64,000 nucleotides of DNA from Bacteroidales bacterium (lineage in GTDB: Bacteria; Bacteroidota; Bacteroidia; Bacteroidales; JAAUTT01): positions 19,963 through 83,962 of the forward strand of contig JBBQTB010000013.1 of the NCBI GenBank assembly GCA_038213375.1, in the 5' to 3' direction. The notes below the pieces were generated by a model that was not told the origin of the DNA, ran no database searches, and saw only the letters and a program-made list of their open reading frames with translations. The stretch's first letter is position 1, and each line of letters begins with the position of its first letter. The translations under genes and the position numbers were made by a program. This document shows positions 19,743 through 29,603 of this stretch, in pieces.

Positions 19743-21098
19743 ATGAAAATACACCTTATAGCAATTGGCGGAAGTGCGATGCATAATCTTGCAATTGCTC
19801 TGCAAGATAAAGAATATCAGATAACCGGATCTGATGATGAAATTTTTGAACCATCCCGATCACGACTTCAAAAAAAAGGGTTACTGCCTGAAGAACTAGG
19901 TTGGTTTCCTGAAAAAATTACCAATAATCTCGATGCTGTTATTTTAGGAATGCATGCCCGTGAAGATAACACCGAGTTGCAAAAAGCAAGGGAATTGAAG
20001 CTCAAAATTTATTCCTATCCTGAATATCTTTACGAACAAACCAAAAACAAAAAGCGTGTGGTTATCGCCGGAAGTCATGGAAAAACAACAATTACTTCGA
20101 TGATCATGCATGTTCTAAAACAATGCAATAACGAATTTGATTACATGGTGGGAGCCAGTGTGGAAGGGTTTGACACGATGGTTAGTTTGTCAGAATCATC
20201 TCCGGTTGCTATTTTCGAAGGCGATGAATATTTGTCGTCTCCACTGGATAAAAGGCCAAAATTTCATCTTTACAAACCGCACATAGCTGTTATCTCCGGG
20301 ATTGCATGGGATCACATCAATGTTTTTCCCACATTTGAAATTTACAAAGAACAGTTTTTGACTTTTGCGAATCTGATTGAAACGAACGGAACTTTATTTT
20401 ACTATCAAGGTGATGTGGTACTTAAGGAAGTTATAAATAAAAGCATGAACAGTATTTGTAAGCTTTCGTATACCGAACATAACCATGTGGTGCGTGAAAA
20501 CATTACTTATCTGATAAATCAATTCGGCTTGTTTAGGTTAAACGTTTTCGGAAAACATAACCTTCAAAATATTTCGGCGGCCAAATTAGTTTGTAGCAAA
20601 ATAGGAGTTGGTGAACAGGAATTTTACAAAGCCATCTCAACATTTAAAGGGGCGGCAAAGCGAATGCAGGTATTGCGGACCAATGTAAACTCAACCATAT
20701 TTCTGGATTTTGCGCATGCACCATCGAAGGTAAAGGCGACAGTTAATGCCCTTAGGGAACAATATCCCAACCGAAAACTTATTGCCTGCCTTGAACTTCA
20801 TACATTTAGCAGTTTGAATGATAATTTTCTCGATCAGTATAGCGGAACCATGGAGGGAATTGTTTCGGCCATTGTTTATTATAATCCCGAAACCTTTCGC
20901 CACAAGCAATTACCCGAAATATCAAGCGAACGAATAAAGGCTGCCTTCAACAATCCTGATCTTATCGTTTTTACCTCCGAGAAGGAATTAATGAATCATA
21001 TTAGAACGTTTGAATTCGACCATACCAATTTGTTGCTTATGAGTTCCGGTAACTTTGGAGGAATCGATTTGTCTTCGTTTGCAAAAGAGCTCATATAA
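19743..21098 (+). CDS. mpl: Mur ligase family protein (UDP-N-acetylmuramate:tripeptide ligase Mpl-like)
   Basis: 451 aa. It has the N-terminal Rossmann segment IHLIAIGGSAMHNLAIAL, the P-loop VIAGSHGKTTITSM and a Mur ligase middle and C-terminal layout. Confidence 0.75.
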   Translation: MKIHLIAIGGSAMHNLAIALQDKEYQITGSDDEIFEPSRSRLQKKGLLPEELGWFPEKITNNLDAVILGMHAREDNTELQKARELKLKIYSYPEYLYEQTKNKKRVVIAGSHGKTTITSMIMHVLKQCNNEFDYMVGASVEGFDTMVSLSESSPVAIFEGDEYLSSPLDKRPKFHLYKPHIAVISGIAWDHINVFPTFEIYKEQFLTFANLIETNGTLFYYQGDVVLKEVINKSMNSICKLSYTEHNHVVRENITYLINQFGLFRLNVFGKHNLQNISAAKLVCSKIGVGEQEFYKAISTFKGAAKRMQVLRTNVNSTIFLDFAHAPSKVKATVNALREQYPNRKLIACLELHTFSSLNDNFLDQYSGTMEGIVSAIVYYNPETFRHKQLPEISSERIKAAFNNPDLIVFTSEKELMNHIRTFEFDHTNLLLMSSGNFGGIDLSSFAKELI

Positions 21099-21252
21099 GG
21101 TTTCATTAATATAGTAAGCAATAATTATAACTATAGAATGATAAATACTGGTTTGAGTTTATGAATTTTTTAAAGGCTTTTAATTTTGACTTTTATAATA
21201 GAAAAAAATAGTTCTTTTGCAGAATAATTATTTTTAGAATAAAAAGAAGGTT

Positions 21253-21741
21253 ATGCGAATAATAACAGAAAACTATTTTATAAACCCTCTTAACCTGTTT
21301 GAGTTAGAATTACTTGTTGATTCGATGGAAAATGGCACTGATTTCGAATTAGCAAGTTATGATGCAAATACTTTCTCGTGGGAATTTAAAAAGGCACTAA
21401 TAGAAACATATGTTCCTGCGGTAAAAAGGCATCAAAAGGATTATCTGTTATACACGCTATGGCTATTGATTTCAAAAAGTGACAATCGTATTAATGGGGC
21501 GATTTCATATTATCATTTACCTATGGAACAAAAACTTCTTGAGATATCATATCAAGTATTCGATTTAACTAATGATGAAGCGCTCATTTTCGAATCGTTA
21601 TCCGGGATATTGCAGTGGCTTACGGAAGAATACAATTTTTCAAGAGTTCGTTTATTTAACGATTACGAAAGCATCACCGATCAATGTTTTTTTGTAAAAG
21701 GATTTCAAAAATCTGATAATAATTTGTATATTAAACAGTAA
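21253..21741 (+). CDS. hypothetical protein, weakly GNAT-acetyltransferase-like
   Basis: 162-aa ORF. The layout resembles RimJ/RimL-type GNAT proteins (WLLISKSDNRINGAISYY ... VKGFQK), but the motifs are degenerate. Confidence 0.4.
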   Translation: MRIITENYFINPLNLFELELLVDSMENGTDFELASYDANTFSWEFKKALIETYVPAVKRHQKDYLLYTLWLLISKSDNRINGAISYYHLPMEQKLLEISYQVFDLTNDEALIFESLSGILQWLTEEYNFSRVRLFNDYESITDQCFFVKGFQKSDNNLYIKQ

Positions 21742-21802
21742 AGGTGATTAAAAATATTTTTTACTTTTTTTTGAAATCCATTTGAAGAGAAAAAAAAAAT
21801 TC

Positions 21803-21810
21803 TACCTTTG
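21803..21810 (+). promoter_or_regulatory. Bacteroidota-type -7 promoter box (TAnnTTTG) for tRNA-Glu
   Basis: TACCTTTG lies 19 nt upstream of the tRNA 5' end. Confidence 0.5.
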
Positions 21811-21828
21811 CAGCGCAAAATAAAAAAC

Positions 21829-21900
21829 GGTCCGTTCATCTAGGGGTTAGGATACAAGGTTTTCATCCTTGACACAGGGGTTCGATTCCCCTACGGACTA
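21829..21900 (+). tRNA. tRNA-Glu (anticodon UUC)
   Basis: The cloverleaf was folded by hand. Acceptor is GGTCCGT/ACGGACT (G1-U71 wobble) and D stem is ATCT/GGAT. The anticodon stem CAAGG/CCTTG carries loop TTTTCAT, and the T arm AGGGG-TTCGATT-CCCCT is followed by discriminator A. No CCA is encoded. Confidence 0.9.
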
Positions 21901-21902
21901 CG

Positions 21903-21928
21903 AAAAGCCTTGAGTAATCAAGGCTTTT
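21903..21928. terminator. intrinsic terminator hairpin, potentially bidirectional (tRNA-Glu and topB)
   Basis: Perfect 11-bp stem AAAAGCCTTGA / TCAAGGCTTTT with loop GTAA. It has A-rich and T-rich flanks. Confidence 0.75.
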
Positions 21929-22022
21929 GGTATTTTTAGGTGGTAATTTATAAAAATACTCCATTGTAAGATTTTGAAAAGTTAGGGAAAGTTGTTTGGG
22001 AGATGGATTTTGGAGAGGGTTA

Positions 22023-24377
22023 TCAAAGTTTATAAAACTGGTTATAGTTTGAAAGTATTTCAACAGTTAAATTTGATGAATGGAATTTTTGAAATAAATC
22101 ATTAAATGGAATTATAAATCCACAGCCCTCTTTATATCGATTGCACCCCCAGGCACTATTGCCTTTCAATAAGTTACCTTTTTTGCACACTGGACAAACA
22201 AGTATTGGATTTTCAATTACTGGTTTTGGCGTTTCAGGCTCTTTTACTTGCTCTATTTGTAATGAAACCGAAAAGTCGTCAAGCAACAGGATACTGCCGT
22301 TTACTTTCTGATTGTTTTTTAAGAAGCCTTTTATCAGAGGAGTTTTACTTGTCCTAATAAACGTCAGTAGTTGTTTATCAGTGAGTTTTTTGCCAAATTG
22401 TTCGAACCCTATTTTAAAGTTACAGCCGTCTTTAAAAGCATTACATCCGAAAGCAGTTTTGCCCTTTAGAATTATCCCTTTTTTGCATTTTGGACACATT
22501 AAAGATGAATTATTTGTAGCTTTAATTACTTTCTCTCCCTTTTCTTCTGTTTTTGTTACTATCTCCGTTTTTATTGATTTTGTTGTGTTTTCTTCCGAAA
22601 TAGTAATGGTTGCAAAGTTGTCTTTCTTAACCTCATTTACCAGATCGGTAACCATTTGTTTCATTTCGTCCATGAAAGTTTTAGGATTGTATTCGCCTTT
22701 TTCAATCTGACGTAGTTTTTTCTCCCACAACCCAGTTAATTCAACTGATTTAAGCAATTCGCTATGAATGGTTTTAATAAGCTCGACGCCCGTGATGGTC
22801 GGAACCAGGTTTTTTTTCTGACGAACAACATACGAACGCTTAAAAAGTGTTTCAATAATATTAGCCCGGGTCGACGGACGGCCAATACCATTTTCTTTCA
22901 TGAGGTCGCGTAACTCCGGGTCTTCCACTTGTTTTCCGGCTGTTTCCATGGCACGAAGCAAGGTAGCTTCGGTATAGTATTTGGGTGGCTGGGTTTGTTT
23001 TTCGAGCAAATCGGGATAATGAGGGCCTCTTTCGCCCTTGGTAAATATTGGCATTTCATAATCTTCCTCATCGGCTGCATCATTGTCCTTTTTGGGATAC
23101 AACACGCGCCAACCTTCTTCAAGAATCACCTTTCCGGTGGCGGAAAACTCATTTCCATCAACATCGCCAATAACGGTAGTATTTGACACGATACAATCGG
23201 GATAAAATGCGGCAATGAATTTACGGGCAATAATATCATAAACCTGCTTTTCCTGAATGGCCATTCCACCAGACGGAACAATACCTGTGGGGATAATAGC
23301 ATGGTGATCGGTTATTTTACTGTCGTCGAACACCTTTTTGTTTTTGCGGATTGGTTTATCAGTAATTTCCTTGGTGAAATTCAAATACGGTCTCATTTCC
23401 TGTAAAATACCTTTCACTTTGGGGTGCATATTGTGGGGCAAATAGGTAGTATCGACGCGTGGATACGTTACCAGCTTTTGTTCGTAAAGTTTTTGAATAA
23501 ATTTGAGAGTATCATCGGCCGTGAAATTGAACTTTTTATTGCATTCAACCTGCAACGAGGTAAGGTCGAACAGTGCCGGAGGCTGCTCATTTGCTTTCTT
23601 TTTCGATGATGAAATAATCTCAAACTCCTTGTTCTTTATGTTTTCGAGAAGTTTGAGAGCTTCCTTCTGATTGACAAATTTTTTAGTTGTTGAATTGAAT
23701 ATGACCTCACGAAACTTTGTTTTTATCTCCCAGTAGGTTTCCGGGATAAAATTCAGAATTTCATTATGCCTGTTAACAATGAGCGCAAGCGTTGGGGTTT
23801 GCACCCTACCAATGGATAATACTCCTTTTCCATTGGCATATTTAACGGTGTATAATCGACTGGCATTCATACCTAGCAACCAATCTCCAATGGCGCGGGC
23901 ATTACCGGCGGCATACAATAAATCGAATTCCTTACCATCTTTTAAATTGTTAAATCCTTCCTTTATGGCTTCATCGGTGAGGGATGAAATCCATAACCGT
24001 TTAACTGGTTTGTTACAACGCGCCAACGACAATACCCAGCGTTGAATCAATTCTCCTTCGATTCCGGCATCACCACAGTTTATAATTTCCGAGCTATTTT
24101 CTATTAATAATTTTAATGTATTAAATTGCTTTTGAACCCCCATGTTGTCAATTACTTTGATTTGGAAACGAGGCGGAATCATTGGCAGGATCGATAATCC
24201 CCAACGTTTCCATGCATCAGTATAGTCGTTGGGAGTTTTAAGAGAGCATAAATGTCCAAATGTCCAGCTAACATAATAGCCATTACCCTCAAAATAGCCA
24301 TCCCGACGGTCTCTGGCACCCAATATTCGGGCTATTTCCTTTCCAACACTAGGTTTTTCAGCTATGCAAAGTATCAA
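22023..24377 (-). CDS. topB: DNA topoisomerase III with C-terminal zinc-ribbon repeats
   Basis: 784 aa. It has the Toprim start MILCIAEKPSVGKEIA and the type IA core (GRVQTPTL). The C-terminus has CPKCKKG...CNAFKDGC and CPVCKKG...CNRYKEGC fingers. The stop is TGA. Confidence 0.9.
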   Translation of the reverse strand: MILCIAEKPSVGKEIARILGARDRRDGYFEGNGYYVSWTFGHLCSLKTPNDYTDAWKRWGLSILPMIPPRFQIKVIDNMGVQKQFNTLKLLIENSSEIINCGDAGIEGELIQRWVLSLARCNKPVKRLWISSLTDEAIKEGFNNLKDGKEFDLLYAAGNARAIGDWLLGMNASRLYTVKYANGKGVLSIGRVQTPTLALIVNRHNEILNFIPETYWEIKTKFREVIFNSTTKKFVNQKEALKLLENIKNKEFEIISSSKKKANEQPPALFDLTSLQVECNKKFNFTADDTLKFIQKLYEQKLVTYPRVDTTYLPHNMHPKVKGILQEMRPYLNFTKEITDKPIRKNKKVFDDSKITDHHAIIPTGIVPSGGMAIQEKQVYDIIARKFIAAFYPDCIVSNTTVIGDVDGNEFSATGKVILEEGWRVLYPKKDNDAADEEDYEMPIFTKGERGPHYPDLLEKQTQPPKYYTEATLLRAMETAGKQVEDPELRDLMKENGIGRPSTRANIIETLFKRSYVVRQKKNLVPTITGVELIKTIHSELLKSVELTGLWEKKLRQIEKGEYNPKTFMDEMKQMVTDLVNEVKKDNFATITISEENTTKSIKTEIVTKTEEKGEKVIKATNNSSLMCPKCKKGIILKGKTAFGCNAFKDGCNFKIGFEQFGKKLTDKQLLTFIRTSKTPLIKGFLKNNQKVNGSILLLDDFSVSLQIEQVKEPETPKPVIENPILVCPVCKKGNLLKGNSAWGCNRYKEGCGFIIPFNDLFQKFHSSNLTVEILSNYNQFYKL

Positions 24378-24766
24378 AGCGAACCATTTATGAAGTTAAT
24401 TTTTCAACTTGTTTTGACTAAAGATTGTTAGACAACGATGGAATTCGGGATATTTTGTATATCCTATAACATCCAAAATAATTGTTTTTTGCACGATTGG
24501 AAGTTTATTTTATACTTATAAATACTAAATCGTTTGACCTAAGTTAACAGCATTAATAAATTTTGTGCAATATTAATTAAAATCAGGTTACGATTTTATC
24601 AAAAAACACCCAAAAAGAAAGATACTGATCACAAGGTTTATAGTAAAATGCCTTTAAACTATTAACAAACAATTGAGATGATGACCTATTTTTTATTTTG
24701 CTATATTGCCCAAAAATTTTGCCGATTAAGTCCGCTCAACGTAAATTATATTTATTTTAAAAGCTT

Positions 24767-25429
24767 ATGTGTTTTTCTGCCGGAGCAAGTTTTGGAGCAA
24801 GTGCCGTACTTTCTGTAATTGGTGTTGCCGTAATAAAAAAAACAACATCGCCTTCCCAAATAGCTTTTGCAAGTATTCCATTAATTTTTGCGGTTCAACA
24901 ATTCTCCGAGGGCTTTGTATGGTTGGCCCTGTCGAACTCAGCTTTTGCCCCATTGGAAAAAGTTTCGTCATACACATTTCTGGTTTTTGCCCAAATTATT
25001 TGGCCTCTTTATGTTCCAATATCTATTGCAATGCTTGAAAAGAATGTTAAACGTAAAAAATTATTACAACTATTTGTTGGTTTAGGGGTTCTGGTATCGT
25101 CCTATTTTGCCCATAGGTTACTAATGTATGGGGTTCATCCAAATATAACGGGACATCATGTAGCATACAAGCAAGTTTATCCGGACTCATGGGGTCATGT
25201 TGCCGATATGTTTTACGGTATCGCAACCATCGCCCCAACTTTTCTTTCGAAAGTTAAAAAGATGTGGACTTTCGGCTTGGCAGTTTGCATTTCCTACGTT
25301 ATTGCATATGTAGTTTATACGAATTATATCCTTTCGGTTTGGTGCTTTTTTGCTTCAATTATAAGCATATTGATATACGCAATCATTAAGGGATTAGTAA
25401 CATCGCATCACTTGGCTTTTTCTCAATAA
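24767..25429 (+). CDS. hypothetical integral membrane protein
   Basis: 220 aa with about 6 hydrophobic segments. The start reads MCFSAGASFGASAVLSVIG. Confidence 0.6.
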   Translation: MCFSAGASFGASAVLSVIGVAVIKKTTSPSQIAFASIPLIFAVQQFSEGFVWLALSNSAFAPLEKVSSYTFLVFAQIIWPLYVPISIAMLEKNVKRKKLLQLFVGLGVLVSSYFAHRLLMYGVHPNITGHHVAYKQVYPDSWGHVADMFYGIATIAPTFLSKVKKMWTFGLAVCISYVIAYVVYTNYILSVWCFFASIISILIYAIIKGLVTSHHLAFSQ

Positions 25430-25535
25430 AAGGATTTTCTGTAAATGTGGGAGAGAACAAACTGGCAGTAAATATAAATGCGTGCAAAAACACTTTTTAC
25501 TTACTGGGAAAATTTTATTAATCATAATAGAAAAA

Positions 25536-25661
25536 ATGGGAAAAGTACAAGAACTGGCAATGATGATCGATCATTCTATACTTCATCCAACGCATACCGA
25601 TGAGTATTTGAGAAAGCAGTGCGTAATTGCTAAGGAATACTATAATTACCCCCAAATTTAG
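25536..25661 (+). pseudogene. N-terminal remnant resembling deoxyribose-phosphate aldolase
   Basis: A 41-codon ORF, MGKVQELAMMIDHSILHPTHTDEYLRKQCVIAKEY..., matches the usual DeoC N-terminus (IDHT.L.p..t) and then terminates. No remaining part of the gene follows. Confidence 0.4.
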
Positions 25662-25679
25662 GACAACAGTGTTGGTAAA

Positions 25680-25898
25680 ATGAATGAACAGAAAATTGAC
25701 TTTATTTCCACAAAAAACAACCAGCAGCTCTAAATTCAGGTGGAATATTTGCTTTCCGACAAAAAAAACATAGAACTTGAATTTGGAGCCTTTGAAAAAA
25801 TTAACGACAATTATCCAAAAGTAGTTCAGTCGCTAGACAAATTTCTTTCAAACGACCGCAATGGTATTAAACGATACAACCTTTACCAATTTTCTTAA
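25680..25898 (+). pseudogene. C-terminal remnant of a DUF4143-type AAA ATPase with an internal in-frame stop
   Basis: One frame reads MNEQKIDFISTKNNQQL*IQVEYLLSDKKNIELEFGAFEKINDNYPKVVQSLDKFLSNDRNGIKRYNLYQFS*. This is the typical C-terminal tail of roughly 400-aa DUF4143 ATPases. The upstream ~300 codons are absent. Confidence 0.5.
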
Positions 25899-25954
25899 AA
25901 CTGTTCAATTTTAAGATAAACCATAAAGTCACCAACCATATTTAAAAGCTACGA

Positions 25955-27598
25955 TTAAAGTATAAAATCTGTATTCAGAAAATTGGAATGTCTTCCAATT
26001 ACGATATTTTGAATGATATCCCTGCCGTTTTCATTTGCCTGAGCTGCTACCAGCGATCGTATTGAGAAACACCTCAAAGCATCGCTAATTGATAGTGTTG
26101 CTTCAGCAGAATCTTTACGTCCCGTGAAGGGAAGTGTATCAGGGCCCCGTTGACATTGACTATTTATATTAATACGGCTTACCTGATTTGTCAACCGGTC
26201 AATTAATCGCGCCATTGTGCTGGGGTCATTTCCAAATAGACTTAACTGTTGTCCATAATTCGAATTAGTTACGAAATCAAGAAATTCCTGCTCATCACTA
26301 TACGAGCAAACCGGGACAACCGGGCCAAATTGTTCAACCCCGTATAAGGCAGCCTCCGGGGTGATTGGGTAGACAATGGCAGGTCGAAACATTGTCTCAT
26401 AAAATGTTCCACCACCCTCATTCATAATGCTTGCTCCTTTTGCAATGGCATCATCTACATACCCTTTTAAGGTATTTGCTTTGTTAAATTCAGGTAATGG
26501 CGTAAGTTTTACTCCTTTTTCCCAAGGCATTCCCTGAGGCAGGGCATCAATAGCAGTAACCAACTTTTTCAAAAACTGATCGACAATTGATTTATGTACA
26601 AACATAATTTTTATACCAGTACATCGTTGTCCATTAAAGGTTAAGCTTCCCATTACACATTCTCGCACAGCAAGGTCAATATCGGCATCGGGCATTACAA
26701 GTGCCGGATTTTTGGCATCGAGCCCCAGAATACTGCGCATGCGATGTGGACGTGGATGTTGGAGCTTAAGAATGTCGGCAACGCGACTGGAACCAATAAA
26801 TGCAAGCACATCGATGAGTCCGCTTTTCATGATTGGCGTGATAATTTTAGCTCCATCACCATAAATGAAATTTACTACACCTGCAGGAAAACATTCCGCG
26901 AAAGCTTTCAACAAAGGTTGATGTAACAAAACCCCAAACTTGGGAGGTTTTACTACAAGTGTATTTCCCATTATTAAAGCGGGAATTAGTGTTGTGTATG
27001 TTTCATTTAATGGATAATTGAATGGACCCATGGATAGGCAAACCCCCAGAGGGGACCGTCGAACCTGGGCAATAACGCCATCGTCTAAGCTAAACCTGGA
27101 ATTGTTACGGTCAACGTCTTTGAGAGCCTCCATAGTTTTTATGATATATTCAACCGTACGGTCGAATTCTTTATAACTGTCGTCCAAGCTTTTGCCAATT
27201 TCCCACATCATCAGTTTTACTACCTCGTCGCGCACTAATCGCATCCGTACAACGAATTTTTCAACGGCTGTAATCCGTCCTTTCACACTCATGGTTGGCC
27301 AAATACCCCGTCCATTGTCCCAAGCGCGAACGGCGGCATGAAGTCCTTCCATCGCAGCTGCCTCATCCATCAATGGAACCTGACCAATAATCAATCGATT
27401 TAATTTTCCATTCTGGGTTACGCATATCGGGGAACTTACTTCCTCAAGTGGTCCATTCCATTTCTGTATTTTCCCATCAAGTAAAAAAATAGGTTCATAT
27501 TTTTTTCCCAATATTTTAACTTCCTGAGGTATACTTTCTAAAGTGGGGAATGAGTTCTTTAGTTTTTCTTTATAATTATTTACTGATTGTTCCGACAT
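25955..27598 (-). CDS. aldehyde dehydrogenase family protein (GapN-like), atypical general-base motif
   Basis: 547 aa from MSEQSVNNY. The catalytic Cys motif FNGQRCTG is present. The usual LELGGK is replaced by LGLDAK. Confidence 0.8.
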   Translation of the reverse strand: MSEQSVNNYKEKLKNSFPTLESIPQEVKILGKKYEPIFLLDGKIQKWNGPLEEVSSPICVTQNGKLNRLIIGQVPLMDEAAAMEGLHAAVRAWDNGRGIWPTMSVKGRITAVEKFVVRMRLVRDEVVKLMMWEIGKSLDDSYKEFDRTVEYIIKTMEALKDVDRNNSRFSLDDGVIAQVRRSPLGVCLSMGPFNYPLNETYTTLIPALIMGNTLVVKPPKFGVLLHQPLLKAFAECFPAGVVNFIYGDGAKIITPIMKSGLIDVLAFIGSSRVADILKLQHPRPHRMRSILGLDAKNPALVMPDADIDLAVRECVMGSLTFNGQRCTGIKIMFVHKSIVDQFLKKLVTAIDALPQGMPWEKGVKLTPLPEFNKANTLKGYVDDAIAKGASIMNEGGGTFYETMFRPAIVYPITPEAALYGVEQFGPVVPVCSYSDEQEFLDFVTNSNYGQQLSLFGNDPSTMARLIDRLTNQVSRININSQCQRGPDTLPFTGRKDSAEATLSISDALRCFSIRSLVAAQANENGRDIIQNIVIGRHSNFLNTDFIL

Positions 27599-27674
27599 GG
27601 TAATATTTTTTAAGAAATGAACTTCTAAGTTAATAAATTGCATGAAAAAGCCGTCCAATAGAGTAATTATTTGC

Positions 27675-28514
27675 TTAAATTAAACCAAATACGTCAATAA
27701 TTCTTCTTGTCTTCATGCGCATAGTATCATCCATAAACGAACACCCAGATTTTAATAATTCATTTAATGCGATAAGAACTGATAATCCATGATTAGCATA
27801 AAAATTACTAAGGGTATCTTCGGTAACATCAACCCATTTAAAATCTCTAGCATCATCGCCAGCCGATATTACCATATTTTGGAGTATTTGATACGATAAA
27901 TGAGTGTGAATGACAGTTGTTTCCATCCATGCATTATCCGTATTTCTTGGATCATCCACGTATCCCGTAAAAACTACTTTTTCGTATAACGGATTTGATA
28001 AATCACTCCCGTTTATCGATAGTTCTTCTGATAACTCTCTGTTCCTGGTTTCAAATGCCGTTTCATTCGAATCGCTCATACCTCCCGGAAAAGCGGTTTC
28101 GCCAGTATCGCTTCTGACAATGGTTAAAACCTTAAAAAAATTAGTTTCAGGATGGATAGCAGTTATTAAACCATCTACCGCAAAATTAGCGGCCCACTTA
28201 CCTAAAACGCCTCTGCCACATAACCCTGTTCTGCCAAAAGGATTTATCGGTATACCTTTATGGAATTTTACTTCACCTTCAAAGCTTATAAACGATCTAT
28301 TTACTTTTAGGATGTCTTGTGGGTCAGCCCAGGGTGTGTTTATATCTAAAACAATTGGTGCATTAAATTCAATAGGATTATATTCAGGAAATTCTGTTTG
28401 CCAGGAAACTTTATTATCCGGAACAAACATTCTGACAGGATAACTTGAATGTTTTTCAGTTCTCGATTTCTTATGCAATTTATAATCTTTGAATAGATTA
28501 CCGATATTTCCCAT
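27675..28514 (-). CDS. NUDT9-like Nudix hydrolase (putative ADP-ribose pyrophosphatase)
   Basis: 279 aa. The Nudix box is GGMSDSNETAFETRNRELSEELS. The NUDT9-type upstream segment is GRTGLCGRGVLGKWAANFAVDGLIT. Confidence 0.7.
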   Translation of the reverse strand: MGNIGNLFKDYKLHKKSRTEKHSSYPVRMFVPDNKVSWQTEFPEYNPIEFNAPIVLDINTPWADPQDILKVNRSFISFEGEVKFHKGIPINPFGRTGLCGRGVLGKWAANFAVDGLITAIHPETNFFKVLTIVRSDTGETAFPGGMSDSNETAFETRNRELSEELSINGSDLSNPLYEKVVFTGYVDDPRNTDNAWMETTVIHTHLSYQILQNMVISAGDDARDFKWVDVTEDTLSNFYANHGLSVLIALNELLKSGCSFMDDTMRMKTRRIIDVFGLI

Positions 28515-28548
28515 ATATTTACAAACCTAATTTATTTATAGTGTAAAA

Positions 28549-29475
28549 ATGATTGATAAAGTTATATATTCCACACAAAACACCGAGTATCTTTCTAGCG
28601 AAATTGCACAAATATTAAACATCCCATTTGGAAAAATAAACTGGGTTCAGTTCGAGGACGAAGAATTTGAAATTCAGATTTGTGACAGACTTGCCCCCAT
28701 AAACAAACATATTATTATCATCGGTTCTGCCGAAAACCTTAGATATTATGCCGATTTAGCTGATTTGGTAAGTACGTTTAAACAACAATACAAGGCAAAC
28801 ATTGTAGATGTTATTGTTCCTTATATTGGCTATTCTACTGCCGAGCGTTCAAAACCTAATTCCGGCATTTGTCCGAGGGGAATCTATAGGGTTCAGAGCT
28901 TGTTTGACACCATGCCACGGAAGATAACCTTTTTTGACCTGCATGCAGATGGTATCATGAATGTTGGGGGCCGTAATGGAATTTCCGATCATATCTATTC
29001 GGAACAACTTGTAATTCAAATTATCAATAAGATAAAGCAAGAAAATAAGGAACTTATCCTTGTATCGCCCGATGCCGGAAGAGGCAAATGGGTAAAAGCA
29101 CTTGCCTATAAAACAGAGCTTCCTCACGATATTATGAGCAAGGATCGATATGGGATTGATAAAGTTAAACTTGGCAATGCCTCTTCCAAAGTAAAGGATA
29201 AAGTTGCCATTATTTTCGATGATATGATTCGTTCCGGAAACACTGCAATAAAAGCAGCTGAGCAGATCCTTAATGCCGGGGCTAAAGAAGTAAGGATGAT
29301 TGCCTCACATGCTATTCTTCCCAAAACCCTTACAGTTGATGCAGAAAAGCGCATGCACGAATCGGTCATCTCAAAAATCTATGTCACTAACTCGCATTCC
29401 CGCTCACAAACTTTGACTTCTCCAAAATTCGAGGTGAGAAGTATAGCAGCTATATTGGCGAATTCAATTTCTTGA
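28549..29475 (+). CDS. ribose-phosphate pyrophosphokinase-like protein (divergent Prs paralogue)
   Basis: 308 aa with a two-PRTase-domain layout. DLHAD and the PRPP-loop segment IIFDDMIRSGNT are retained. The canonical PY.GYARQDR is PYIGYSTAERS and the KRR flexible loop is altered. The stop is TGA. Confidence 0.7.
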   Translation: MIDKVIYSTQNTEYLSSEIAQILNIPFGKINWVQFEDEEFEIQICDRLAPINKHIIIIGSAENLRYYADLADLVSTFKQQYKANIVDVIVPYIGYSTAERSKPNSGICPRGIYRVQSLFDTMPRKITFFDLHADGIMNVGGRNGISDHIYSEQLVIQIINKIKQENKELILVSPDAGRGKWVKALAYKTELPHDIMSKDRYGIDKVKLGNASSKVKDKVAIIFDDMIRSGNTAIKAAEQILNAGAKEVRMIASHAILPKTLTVDAEKRMHESVISKIYVTNSHSRSQTLTSPKFEVRSIAAILANSIS

Positions 29476-29603
29476 TTTCATGAAAAACTAACTTTCCTGC
29501 AAATCAAATATTATTTGATGTATTTAGTTCCGATTTTATTCACGTTCTGAAACTCTTTTAACTCTATTATTGTTTAGAATAATTAAACAATGCAACAAAA
29601 TTC

